Below are positions 1-9,408 of a stretch of 31,750 bases of DNA, piece by piece. The notes beneath the pieces are model-generated. The model worked only from the letters and a program-made list of their open reading frames with translations. It had not been told where the DNA came from and did not search any database. The stretch lies in the IMG/VR virus record IMGVR_UViG_3300020042_000990, positions 1 to 31,750 of that record; one strand, written 5' to 3'. The position numbers and the translations under genes were made by a program. Numbering within the stretch: position 1 is the first letter of the stretch; the number at the start of each line of letters is the position of its first letter. The stretch comes from a virus (Duplodnaviria > Caudoviricetes).

Positions 1-4
1 GGTA

Positions 5-3000
5 TCAAAAACGGTTTGGTAGGAGTCTGGTTTTATCGCTTGCCTCCCTGTAAAAAGTAGACAGCCCAATCTGAATCTTCTTGATCGCGTCCAGTTGCTT
101 GCGCTTCTCCTCAGCGCTCATTGTGGACGCCTGTACTGCACGCGACGCAGCAGTCAACTTGTCCATGTTTGCCTTGAACTTGTCGGCCATCTCCGCCTCA
201 AGGTACTCGTTGCCGCGCCGTTGTAGCAGGTCTTTAGCCTCCGCTGTGCGGCCATCGGTAATCATGCGCTTGACGCTGTTGCGGACTTTGATGTCTTCAT
301 TGAAGCGCTCGTACACGCTGTTGATGATGCCGCCAGCATCGTTTGGCTGGAACGCCCCGCCAACGAGTGGGTACTCGGACAAGCGTTTGACGGCGTTCTC
401 AGGGGACTCGGACTTAGGCACGCCCAGACTGACGGCATGCAGGAAAGCCAGACCCAATGTGCCCGTGTAACCACTGACAAGTTGCTCAAAGATTACAGGC
501 GAGATGCCCATCGTCTTACCCAGCGCTTTGGAGATGTCTGCCGTGTTGGCCCGGAACTGCTCTTCTGGCAGCAACTCTTTCTCCCGCGCAGACAAGATGT
601 CTCGACCTGTGTAGAACGACTTGCCAAGCCCTGCTTCGATGGCCGGTTTCATTACCTGCGGGATGCCGTAGGACGAGCCGCCCGGAATCGTATTGAGCAG
701 AATCTGCTTGAACGCTTTGACCGCTTCTTCACCGCCGTTCTTGGAGGTCATGGTGTTGTACAGCGCCTCTGGCACCGCCTTGAAGATGTAGCCGATCTCA
801 AACGGCAGGGGGATACGCACCGGCTCTGACACGCCGGGGATGCGGACAAACCAGCTACCATACTTCTGGTCTGGGGTGGCGTTCTTGTAGGCTTCATCGT
901 CCTCCATAGCCGCTGCGTAAAGCAAGGTGGCCCCCGCCATAAAAGCGCCGCGCTGCAACAACTTGGCCTGAATATTCAGTCTGTCGTTAAACGGCAGGTT
1001 GCCCGTCATGGCCTTGTACATCACGTTTAGACCTTGAATCTGGGCGTTGAAGAACGGGATGAGCGCGTTGGCTGCGTGGATGCTTGGTGATGCCCCGCGC
1101 TTGTTAAAGTTCATTGACTCCAGCGCCAGCAAGGTGGCCTCCATCTCAGACAACCCTTGGGAGATGTAGCTGTTGTACTGCGCACGGCGAGTAAGCGCGT
1201 CTAACTCCATACCCGTAGCCTCAAGCGCCCCCAGCGCTTTCATCCAGCCGGGTTTGCCGTCGTTGATGGTGCGCAGAATCTGGCTGATGTCTTCCGAAGA
1301 GCCTGTCATGTACTGACTGCCCACAATACCGCGCTGCTCCAGCGTGCCTTTGGTTGCGCTGTTGAGCTCCCGCAGAGCGCCGAACACAGGCGTGAAGTTA
1401 GCGCCCGACAAGATTGGAGCGGCCAGCGAGTCACGGAACAACTGCTTTGCCATGTACAGCGGGCTTAGGGTGATTGCTTTGCGCAGAAGCTGTGCCGGGA
1501 CTGCCATAGCACGCAGCAGCACTGGCATCTGTGTGGGGATGCCCTCCATACCCTTTACCAGAACATCAGCGGGCACGCCCGTGTTGAACTCCTTATTGCC
1601 AATTTTGATTGTCTCTGTGGAGATAACAGCGTAGCGATCTTCGCCGTCTTCTCTAAACTTAACCACATCTGGGCCAGCGGTCTTACCCACGATCTTGGCG
1701 GCGTTCAGACTCACCAACTCAAACACGGCGTTCTTTGTTGCCAGATTGCGCATCGCCATGTCCACCAACATGTTGGTGTTTTGTACCGAGCTAATCATGA
1801 AGTCCAGAATAGGCTTGTCGCCACCAACCAGTTCTTTCAAGTGCGGCTGATCGGCAATGTTGCCAAGTTTGACGGGCGTTTCACCACCAATAAGCAGTTG
1901 GGCCACGCCATTTTGCTCCCGATAAAACGGGATGTAGTCGTTAGACGCGGACAGCATTGCTGCCGTGCTCTTAGATATAGCGCCGCTGCTTGCCAAGAAC
2001 TGAATCATGTCCCGGTTGTATGCGTTGTACTCGTCTCTGGCTTGGTCGAACACCTTCTTCAAGGCGGCGTTGCCCTCAACGGCTTTCATAACATCGGCCA
2101 GCATGGCCTCTGTAACGTCTTCACCAAAGTTCAGCGCGGCCAGACCCTTGTTCTCAGCGCGGAGTGCGGCCAAGTACATGGTGAATGTGCGGTTGACGGC
2201 CTCGCCGTTACCAACGTATGGCTGCGCGTCTTTGAGAATCCTGATGACGTTCTTGATGTTCGCGCCTTCTTTACTCTCAATGATGTACTCTTTGCGGCCA
2301 TCAGCGCGGGTGATCTCCTTACGGATAGGGGCACCGTTCTCGATGGACTGCTGCACCATGTGCATACGCTGGTCGTACTGGCGCAGATACATCAGCATCT
2401 GGGAGCCCTTGAGCTGATCCATGTACTTGGCCAGACGCTCAAAGCCAGCAAAGCGGTCAACCAGCATGGTCTCAAATGAAATCCCAGTGGCGGCTGCTCT
2501 GATCTTCTCAAACATTGTCTTGTTCTTAGCAACAAACTTGTCAGTTGTTCTACCAAGGCGCTCCATCTCTGGGTTAGCGTACGTTGGTTTTCTAGAAAAC
2601 AAGATACCTGCGGCTTGCCCAATTGGGTCAATGTTGGCCCCAACAACAACGGAAACGGTATCCAAATCACCGAAGTCCACGTAATTAAACGTCGATTTGT
2701 TGGTGACAGGCTTTCCTCGTGACACGCCGTCCAAAAACTTGTTACCTGCCACGCCTTCTGCAAAAAGCGCAAGTGAGGTAGCTCGGTCGTTTTTGTTAAG
2801 TCCGTCAGGGCTTAGCGCTCTTGATAGCGCTGTGTACACGTCCTTACCTCTTGGTTCTTCGCGCAGTATTCTCCAGAAAGTTTGGGTCTGACTGGTTGTC
2901 ATCTTGTCAAGCACTCTGGCAAAGGCTTCTTCAACGACACGCGATTGCTTATCTGCCGGGGCGTCCCACAGCAAGTAGTCTACTTCTGGGCGTGTGCGTA

Positions 3001-6000
3001 CTGTGCGCAGCATGGTGCCTGTTGGCTGCGGCACTGGCGGCGCTGTTGGTGGGTTAAACACAAAATCAGCCAAGTCCAACTTGTCCAAGGTCGCAAGAAT
3101 GCGCACGCTATCTTTGTAATACGGAGATTCGCCGCTAAACAGCTTTTTGTGCCGTTGAGCGTTTTCGCGTACAGCTTCTATGGCATCTTTTACACGTTCT
3201 TTAAAAGGGGCGTCTGGGTTTTTTGGGTACTCTGTTAACTCAAACAGTACATCCGCCCCTGTTCTATCAGTATCGGTGTATTCAGGAGTCGGTTCATGGT
3301 ACGTGTACCCTTTGTACACAGGTTCGGTAGTAACTGCCTGAAACTTGCTGTAGTCGAGAGAATCTAGCCACGCTTTTAGCTCGGTTTCAAGTGCGGACAC
3401 TTTATTCCGCTCTGGTTTGGGCAGACCTGCCCGAAAAGCTGCAACATTCTGTCGAGCCATTGCTGCGGTAAAACGAATTGGCCTAGCAAGCACCATACCG
3501 GGGCGAACACCAAAATTTTGCATTTGTTTATTGGCTAGTTTTTCCAAAATAGTCTTGAATTCTTTTGCAGGAGAATCGTATAGACGGACGCCAAAGCTAA
3601 CGCGGCTCTCGTACTCCGCCAAAGCCGAGCGCATTAGGTCTTTAAACTTTGCTGGTACGCCGCCTGTATCACCTATAGGAATTAAAAAATCCTCTTCGAC
3701 AAAACCGTTAAATTTAGGCGCTTGCGATTTTTTCCACCGCTCGATCTCAGGCAGTGCATTCCACGCTGGCAACGCTTTTTGCGCTCCAATTCCCTGATAT
3801 CTTTTGGCAACATCAGTAGTGTCGCCCGTGTAAGTTCCGTAACTAAACGCTTGCGCACCTTCGCCGGTGCCCATGTACTTAAAGTCAAACGCGTCAAACT
3901 CTGCGCGTGTTCCGTGCCAAGTTCCCTTGAGCTCCAGTTGCGCAGCGCCGTGGGCCAAATTAACCAAGTCGCCAACAGTCAGTGAGTCGGAGTCAATGCC
4001 AAACTTCTTCAACACGTTCTTGAACGCTTTAAAGATTATTTCCAGCCACCTGTTAACAGCGCGGCCATTCTTCACCCCGTCTGGAGACACGCCCCTCTGA
4101 ATGGCTTCTTCTATAGCGTAGGCCAACAACTCATCGTCTACTTGATCTTCCGGTGTCTTTGCGGCCTCAACGCGGTTCATGGCGGCTTGGCCAATTTCAG
4201 ACTCAATTGATCCGTCTTTTTTAGTAGCCCAGTTCTTTACAGTCTTTACCAGCGCGTTGTACTCGCTGGCGTTAAAGAAGTTTCTGAACCCGATGTGTGC
4301 GCCAAGCTCGTGCAGCAGCACGCCAAGTCCGTGACCACGGCCAATGTTGTCAGCAATTAGGTACGCTTTGCCGTCAGCAACAAAACCTTTGGCATCATCT
4401 GGGATGACTTCAATAAAATTACCTGTGTCGTTGGCTTCTTTTGCGTTCTGGTAAATGGTTACCTTGCCACGATTTGTAACTGACTCGCCCATAGCCGTGG
4501 TGAGTTCTTTGTTGAGGTCTTTCTTGCTTTGCCCATCAACATTAACGCCACGCGAAAACTGAAACTTCTCAACTGCGTCCAGCTTAGCCTGCGCGGCGGC
4601 TTCCCGTTTGCGCTCAGCGGCGGTCTTGGTAGCGTCTACCGCATCCTTTAGCTCTTGCAAAGCATCTTCCAGACGGGTTTCAGCCGCGTTTGCCTTTACC
4701 AGCAACGCGGGACTCTCTGTCGTCCGGGCCACGCTCAACATCTGCGTAATCTTGAGTGCTTCTTCTCGCGCATCAGAAACTTTTTGGCGCAACGAGTCGA
4801 GATTGGCCTCCGTCATTTCTTTCTTGCTGATCGGCACATTGCGTGACTTAGTGCCGCGAGCCTCGGACAGAGTTTGTTTGGTCGAAGTCCGGCCTTCCCC
4901 GGCTTTGCTTTCTTCAGTACCTGCACGGAACTGTGCTGGCGCAGCAGTCTCTTCGCGTGTGACGGGACCGATGGCACGTTTATTTTGTTTTTTCTTCTCT
5001 GTTTCAAAGGCAGCTTGGGCCTGCGCACTTTCGGCACGAACACTGACAGCCGCAGCTTCGCGTGCATTCTTGGCAGCATCATCAAGCGCTTTGCTTTCTT
5101 TTGCTTGCTGGGCTGTTAACACCTGCACACGCTGGCCACCAACAAGACGCTCTACGCCTTTGATACCGGCGCTCTGGACTGTAGCCAGACGTTGCTCCAG
5201 ATCACGTTTCTCTTTAGCGGCTTTGGCGGCTTCTTCGCGGGCAAGCGCATCAGCGCGATCAGCCACCTTGCGTTGTTCTTCGGCGGCACGAGCAGCAGCG
5301 GCAATGTCTGGCGGCGCAACTTCCTTGCGCCTAGCCACCAAGTCAGCCACGTTTTTTTGCAAACGAGCCAATACGCGAAACTCAAACTTAACTTTGTTGT
5401 CGGTGTGTGCTGCGGCCACTGTAGACGTTGTATCTAACTCGGCGTTGGCCTCGTTCTGCATAGCGTCAATCTGCGTGCGCGAGTTTGTGACTTCTTTCAG
5501 CAGCGCATCAATTCGGGCTTTACTGTCAGGGGAAATGCCTTCGGCATCAGCAGCTTCGTACCGTTTTTGCAGCGCAGCTTCGTTTTCCGCCAGTAATTTT
5601 TGAATTGCTGCAATCTTTGGGCCGAGCGCTTCACGCGCCGCTTCCCGTTTTGCATACCTGTCCACCATAGCCCGTTCCACAGCGTCTTGCAGTTTGTCGC
5701 GCTGCTCGGTTTCAAGGTCTTTGGCTTCACTGATACGCGCAGCCAGTTTGTCTTTTGTACGAGCGGCGGCAGTTGGTTTAGGCGCTACGCGGGCAGCGTA
5801 TGTATCGATGGCGCTGAGCAAGTCCTTCCGCATTTTAATAAGCTGTGCGGTAAGGGTTTTATATTTAGCAGTTGCCGGTGCGCCTTCTTGCCTCAGCAGT
5901 TCGTTTTCTTTGTTTGTAGCGTCAATCCAAGCGTTGTACCTGTCTTGCACAGCTTTTGCAGCTTTGTATCTTTTGTCTGTAGGGTCGGCCTTTAATTCTT

Positions 6001-9000
6001 CAAAAGTAGACGCACGCGACACATACTTACCAAGGCTTTCGCCCACTTTAGGAAAGGCTATGCTCAGCCACTTTGCCCCTTCCATGCCCGACTGGGCATC
6101 GGCAATCTGCTTATTAAATACAGCAATCGCTTCGCTGCGTTGCTTCATTACGTCGGAGTAGCGGTTGGCTTGCTTCAGTGCATCGGCAGCACGGGCTATT
6201 GCGGCACGGGCTTTCAGCACCATTGGTGAGCGGTTAAAACTCTCCGGCGTGGCTCGAATCGTACCGAACTGCTTGGAGGGGGCAAACATCTCCTGCTGAC
6301 CCTCAACTTTACCAACCGTCTCACTGCCTTGCTCTAGCTGACGGTATGCTGCAAGCGCGTCGTTAATGTCCTGCACGTAGCCCGGCTCTTCTTGCAGCGC
6401 GGTGGCTTCTTGGCGGCGACCCGGCTTGGTTACATCCCGCTCCCTGACAGTTTTAGCGCCAACCATGCGGCCAGACAACACCCGCTCCGCTTGTGCCTGT
6501 ACGGCGTTCAGCAAGTTTTCTGACGCACGCCCGTTTTCAATGACAGCCTGCGCTTGCGTCAAGGCGGTGCGCACATCGTCAGGCATCTCTCGGGTGAGCG
6601 CCTTGGTCAACATGTTGCCAACGTAATCGGACTGACGCCGCAGTTGTCCCGACAGCGTTTTGGCCTTCTCGCCTTTAGTTTCAGCCGTCTTCTCGGCTTC
6701 TGTAATGGCAAACTGCGTCTTGAGCAGCGGCTCAATCTTCTCAGCCCGTACATCGACTTGGCCCAGTCTGTCTCGAATCTGGTCAAGCTGGTCTTTCATT
6801 ACCTGCACGGCCTGCGGGTACGCGCCAAACCTGTAACCCTCGATTGGGCGTGAGTCAAAGACTTTGCGCTGCTCGTACCGGGCTTCCCTTACTATTTTGT
6901 TTGCCCGCATCTGCGCAGGCTCAACCATCACCGCCTCAGATGTGTCGCGTTTCGGTTCGTTCTGGACGCGCTTAATCCACTCATTGAAGGTGTCGTAAAG
7001 TTCTGACGCGGCCTTGACGGCTTCGTCTGTGGTCATAGCGGGCTGGCCGTTGGCACGTCGGTGGGTGGCGGCTTCTTGCAGCACTGCCTTAATAAAGTCT
7101 GCCCGTGCTTTTTCGGAGCGGGTAACCAAGCCTGCCTGAGTGCTTGAGGCCATCTTATCTTCGCTCAGCACCTCGCCTTTGCGTAGTCTGTCAAGGCTCT
7201 CCTCCACGGAGTTGAGCGCTGCTTGCTGATCGTTACGGGAGCGCAAGACCGACTGGGCGTACGCGCCACTGGCCTCGTCCTGCTCAAACTGCTGGAGCTG
7301 TTCAATGGCTTGATTGCCACGCCCAAAAGCAGCAGATGCTGCGGAAGACTCCCCAGCACGTTTAGCAGTGATGTAGTCCTGCTCTGCCGTATCAATTGCT
7401 TTGGTCAGCGTATCGATGTTGGTCTTGATGCGCTTGGCATCGCGTGATGGCTTGATAGCTGGATTGACCGCTACAACAGGCTGCTGGCCTTCCATTGCTT
7501 TCTCAAAGATTGGGTCAAGGTAGTCAAAGTTGGCTTCGCCGGTTGTGCGAATCTCTTCCTCACCCTCCATCGACGCTTTTAGCAACGCTAGCGGGTCTTT
7601 GTCTTTCGTGGTCTTCTGCGCTTTGAGGTCTTCGGTGCGCTGCGCCATCTCTGTTTTGGCAACGGCGGCTTCTTCTTTGGCGGTAGCTTCAAGTTTCAAC
7701 TTCATCGAACCGCGAACAATGCTTTGATCCCTTGCTGTCAGACCGGGCAATTCTGTTTGATTGTCCACGATAGCCTTTGCCATGCGCGGGTCGGCCATCA
7801 AGTAGTCAATGTAGTCGGGAGCGTCCTTCTTAATATCCCCCGTAAAGATCATCTGCTCTTTAGATACCGCAAGGCGGTCAGCGGCGTATTCTTCCGGTGT
7901 CTGGGTTTCTGGCCCCGGCGCTTCCGAAGGCACAACAGGTTCAAATTGCTCTATGCCAGCTTCGGCCAGTCGCGCAGCGGCGGCTTCCGGCCCTGCATTT
8001 AATGACGCCCCCCGCTGCTCACGCGTGCGCGTAGCCGGTTCCGGTGTACCCATCGTCTCCAGCATGTACTCTTCAGGCGTCATGCCTGCAAGACGGGCAG
8101 CTTCTTTCTCTTTGGCAACGATTGGCAGAACGCGGTTGTACTCGTTGGCAAGCGGCTCGGCGTCTTTAACCAGCTTATTTAGCTGCTTGTTTAGGGCTTT
8201 GTTAAATTCTGTGTCTGCCAGCTCAGTTGGAGAGCCCTTCTCTATTTTGCGAATCTGCGCTTTCAGGGCGGCTTTCTGTTTCTCAAATGCTTCGTAGTCC
8301 GCCACTACCTTGCGGGCGTAATCCGGCTTCAAACGCTCAGCGGCTTCGTCTGCAAGACGCTTTTCTTCCTCAATCCGCGCTGCTTGGGCTTCTTTAAACT
8401 TCTCGCCTTCTGCGGCTCTGGCTTCGCCACGACGCTCAACGTAACGGCCAGCAGGCGACAACACGCCGCCAAGAACCGCACCGCCGACCAAGCTGTCCCA
8501 GTACTCAGCCCGCGCCTTCTCGTCCGTGATCTCCAACCCAGCTTGCGCACGCTCCAAAACTTGTTGCCCAGCTTCAGTCAAAGCTCCGGCAGTCATTGCC
8601 TTGCCTGTGGCGGCGGCGTAGTCTTTGGCAACTTCTTTGAGGCCCTGCTCCGCAAACTTCTTGGCAGCAGCACTGGATACTTCTTTCCCACCCGCAGACA
8701 GAATGTTGCGGATACCCGGCAGCATCTTCAAGCTGATTACATCAAGCGCAGCCTGTGGGATGGCGGCTAAAGCCGCAGCACCAAGATCGGTTTGTCCCAG
8801 TTTGAGGTTCTTGTCCTCGTCCAACTGACGCTGCAAGTTGGAACCAGTGAACTGGGCGGCAGAAGCCGCACCCGCAGCCGTACCCCCAAGAACTGACGCG
8901 CCAAGAGCGCCCAGACCGAGAGCGCCAGACACAGGGGCCGAAGCAGCCGCTCCACCCGCGATCAGGGGCGCTGCCATGTATGGCAGGGAGCCGCCTAGCA

Positions 9001-9334
9001 ACTCAGCGGTTTTAGTAAGTGGGGCTTCGCCAAAAGTTGCTGTGGGCTTGAAGGTCTTCTTCTGGTACTCCTCTTGCTCCTGCATGTACTTGGCAGCAGC
9101 TTCTTCGTCCATGATGCCGGTTTTGCCAGCGAGCGCAGCGAGGCCGGACTTGAGTCCAGAGTAACCTGCTTTAAGTGCGGGGGTGAAGCCTGATTCCGGG
9201 CCTTCGCCGGGGGCTTGTGCTTTTGGAAATGAATCCGGGTACATCCGCTGCGCACGGGCATACGCTTGCTGCGGGGTCTCGCCCTCCCTGATAGTTACCG
9301 AATTGCCGTCTGGTAGGGGGAGGTATTGAGCCAT
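5..9334 (-). CDS. Giant (3109 aa) polyvalent internal virion or ejection protein: Gly/Ala hydrophobic N-terminus, long coiled coil, zincin-like metallopeptidase motif, ART-like domain, C-terminal LPD38-like domain
   Basis: Uninterrupted ORF. Motifs seen: LLHELGAHIG...DELLAY (about 4115-4312); WHGT..EFDAF...GTGEGAQAFSYGTY...GNKFLDG...NYVDF (about 2660-3920); RIPLPFEIGYIFK...GKSFYTGRDI near the C-terminus. It is the last gene after three ejection-type genes. Confidence 0.85.
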   Translation of the reverse strand: MAQYLPLPDGNSVTIREGETPQQAYARAQRMYPDSFPKAQAPGEGPESGFTPALKAGYSGLKSGLAALAGKTGIMDEEAAAKYMQEQEEYQKKTFKPTATFGEAPLTKTAELLGGSLPYMAAPLIAGGAAASAPVSGALGLGALGASVLGGTAAGAASAAQFTGSNLQRQLDEDKNLKLGQTDLGAAALAAIPQAALDVISLKMLPGIRNILSAGGKEVSSAAAKKFAEQGLKEVAKDYAAATGKAMTAGALTEAGQQVLERAQAGLEITDEKARAEYWDSLVGGAVLGGVLSPAGRYVERRGEARAAEGEKFKEAQAARIEEEKRLADEAAERLKPDYARKVVADYEAFEKQKAALKAQIRKIEKGSPTELADTEFNKALNKQLNKLVKDAEPLANEYNRVLPIVAKEKEAARLAGMTPEEYMLETMGTPEPATRTREQRGASLNAGPEAAAARLAEAGIEQFEPVVPSEAPGPETQTPEEYAADRLAVSKEQMIFTGDIKKDAPDYIDYLMADPRMAKAIVDNQTELPGLTARDQSIVRGSMKLKLEATAKEEAAVAKTEMAQRTEDLKAQKTTKDKDPLALLKASMEGEEEIRTTGEANFDYLDPIFEKAMEGQQPVVAVNPAIKPSRDAKRIKTNIDTLTKAIDTAEQDYITAKRAGESSAASAAFGRGNQAIEQLQQFEQDEASGAYAQSVLRSRNDQQAALNSVEESLDRLRKGEVLSEDKMASSTQAGLVTRSEKARADFIKAVLQEAATHRRANGQPAMTTDEAVKAASELYDTFNEWIKRVQNEPKRDTSEAVMVEPAQMRANKIVREARYEQRKVFDSRPIEGYRFGAYPQAVQVMKDQLDQIRDRLGQVDVRAEKIEPLLKTQFAITEAEKTAETKGEKAKTLSGQLRRQSDYVGNMLTKALTREMPDDVRTALTQAQAVIENGRASENLLNAVQAQAERVLSGRMVGAKTVRERDVTKPGRRQEATALQEEPGYVQDINDALAAYRQLEQGSETVGKVEGQQEMFAPSKQFGTIRATPESFNRSPMVLKARAAIARAADALKQANRYSDVMKQRSEAIAVFNKQIADAQSGMEGAKWLSIAFPKVGESLGKYVSRASTFEELKADPTDKRYKAAKAVQDRYNAWIDATNKENELLRQEGAPATAKYKTLTAQLIKMRKDLLSAIDTYAARVAPKPTAAARTKDKLAARISEAKDLETEQRDKLQDAVERAMVDRYAKREAAREALGPKIAAIQKLLAENEAALQKRYEAADAEGISPDSKARIDALLKEVTNSRTQIDAMQNEANAELDTTSTVAAAHTDNKVKFEFRVLARLQKNVADLVARRKEVAPPDIAAAARAAEEQRKVADRADALAREEAAKAAKEKRDLEQRLATVQSAGIKGVERLVGGQRVQVLTAQQAKESKALDDAAKNAREAAAVSVRAESAQAQAAFETEKKKQNKRAIGPVTREETAAPAQFRAGTEESKAGEGRTSTKQTLSEARGTKSRNVPISKKEMTEANLDSLRQKVSDAREEALKITQMLSVARTTESPALLVKANAAETRLEDALQELKDAVDATKTAAERKREAAAQAKLDAVEKFQFSRGVNVDGQSKKDLNKELTTAMGESVTNRGKVTIYQNAKEANDTGNFIEVIPDDAKGFVADGKAYLIADNIGRGHGLGVLLHELGAHIGFRNFFNASEYNALVKTVKNWATKKDGSIESEIGQAAMNRVEAAKTPEDQVDDELLAYAIEEAIQRGVSPDGVKNGRAVNRWLEIIFKAFKNVLKKFGIDSDSLTVGDLVNLAHGAAQLELKGTWHGTRAEFDAFDFKYMGTGEGAQAFSYGTYTGDTTDVAKRYQGIGAQKALPAWNALPEIERWKKSQAPKFNGFVEEDFLIPIGDTGGVPAKFKDLMRSALAEYESRVSFGVRLYDSPAKEFKTILEKLANKQMQNFGVRPGMVLARPIRFTAAMARQNVAAFRAGLPKPERNKVSALETELKAWLDSLDYSKFQAVTTEPVYKGYTYHEPTPEYTDTDRTGADVLFELTEYPKNPDAPFKERVKDAIEAVRENAQRHKKLFSGESPYYKDSVRILATLDKLDLADFVFNPPTAPPVPQPTGTMLRTVRTRPEVDYLLWDAPADKQSRVVEEAFARVLDKMTTSQTQTFWRILREEPRGKDVYTALSRALSPDGLNKNDRATSLALFAEGVAGNKFLDGVSRGKPVTNKSTFNYVDFGDLDTVSVVVGANIDPIGQAAGILFSRKPTYANPEMERLGRTTDKFVAKNKTMFEKIRAAATGISFETMLVDRFAGFERLAKYMDQLKGSQMLMYLRQYDQRMHMVQQSIENGAPIRKEITRADGRKEYIIESKEGANIKNVIRILKDAQPYVGNGEAVNRTFTMYLAALRAENKGLAALNFGEDVTEAMLADVMKAVEGNAALKKVFDQARDEYNAYNRDMIQFLASSGAISKSTAAMLSASNDYIPFYREQNGVAQLLIGGETPVKLGNIADQPHLKELVGGDKPILDFMISSVQNTNMLVDMAMRNLATKNAVFELVSLNAAKIVGKTAGPDVVKFREDGEDRYAVISTETIKIGNKEFNTGVPADVLVKGMEGIPTQMPVLLRAMAVPAQLLRKAITLSPLYMAKQLFRDSLAAPILSGANFTPVFGALRELNSATKGTLEQRGIVGSQYMTGSSEDISQILRTINDGKPGWMKALGALEATGMELDALTRRAQYNSYISQGLSEMEATLLALESMNFNKRGASPSIHAANALIPFFNAQIQGLNVMYKAMTGNLPFNDRLNIQAKLLQRGAFMAGATLLYAAAMEDDEAYKNATPDQKYGSWFVRIPGVSEPVRIPLPFEIGYIFKAVPEALYNTMTSKNGGEEAVKAFKQILLNTIPGGSSYGIPQVMKPAIEAGLGKSFYTGRDILSAREKELLPEEQFRANTADISKALGKTMGISPVIFEQLVSGYTGTLGLAFLHAVSLGVPKSESPENAVKRLSEYPLVGGAFQPNDAGGIINSVYERFNEDIKVRNSVKRMITDGRTAEAKDLLQRRGNEYLEAEMADKFKANMDKLTAASRAVQASTMSAEEKRKQLDAIKKIQIGLSTFYREASDKTRLLPNRF

Positions 9335-9365
9335 ATTTTTTCCGAATTGTGCGGCGGGTAATCAC

Positions 9366-9391
9366 CCCCATGCAGGCCGAACTGCACGGGG
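9366..9391 (-). promoter_or_regulatory. GC-rich RNA hairpin in the leader of the giant gene
   Basis: Minus strand reads CCCCGTGCAG-TTCGGC-CTGCATGGGG: a 10-bp stem with one G-U pair and no U-tract on either strand. Confidence 0.55.
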
Positions 9392-9398
9392 TACGGTC

Positions 9399-9407
9399 AT
9401 TCTATAA
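9399..9407 (-). promoter_or_regulatory. Putative -10 element (TTATAGAAT) upstream of the giant gene
   Basis: TAGAAT hexamer at the start of the 74-nt intergenic gap, with similar motifs in three other gaps. No clear -35 box. Confidence 0.4.
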
Positions 9408-9408
9408 C

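Noticed and set aside
4608-5603. 331-aa plus-strand ORF and the many other plus-strand ORFs
   Set aside because: Antisense shadows of Ala/Lys/Glu- or Thr/Gly-rich minus-strand genes. They show no recognisable motifs and overlap better-supported genes.
9366-9391. Intrinsic terminator
   Set aside because: The stem is good but there is no U-tract on either strand, so it is kept only as a leader hairpin.
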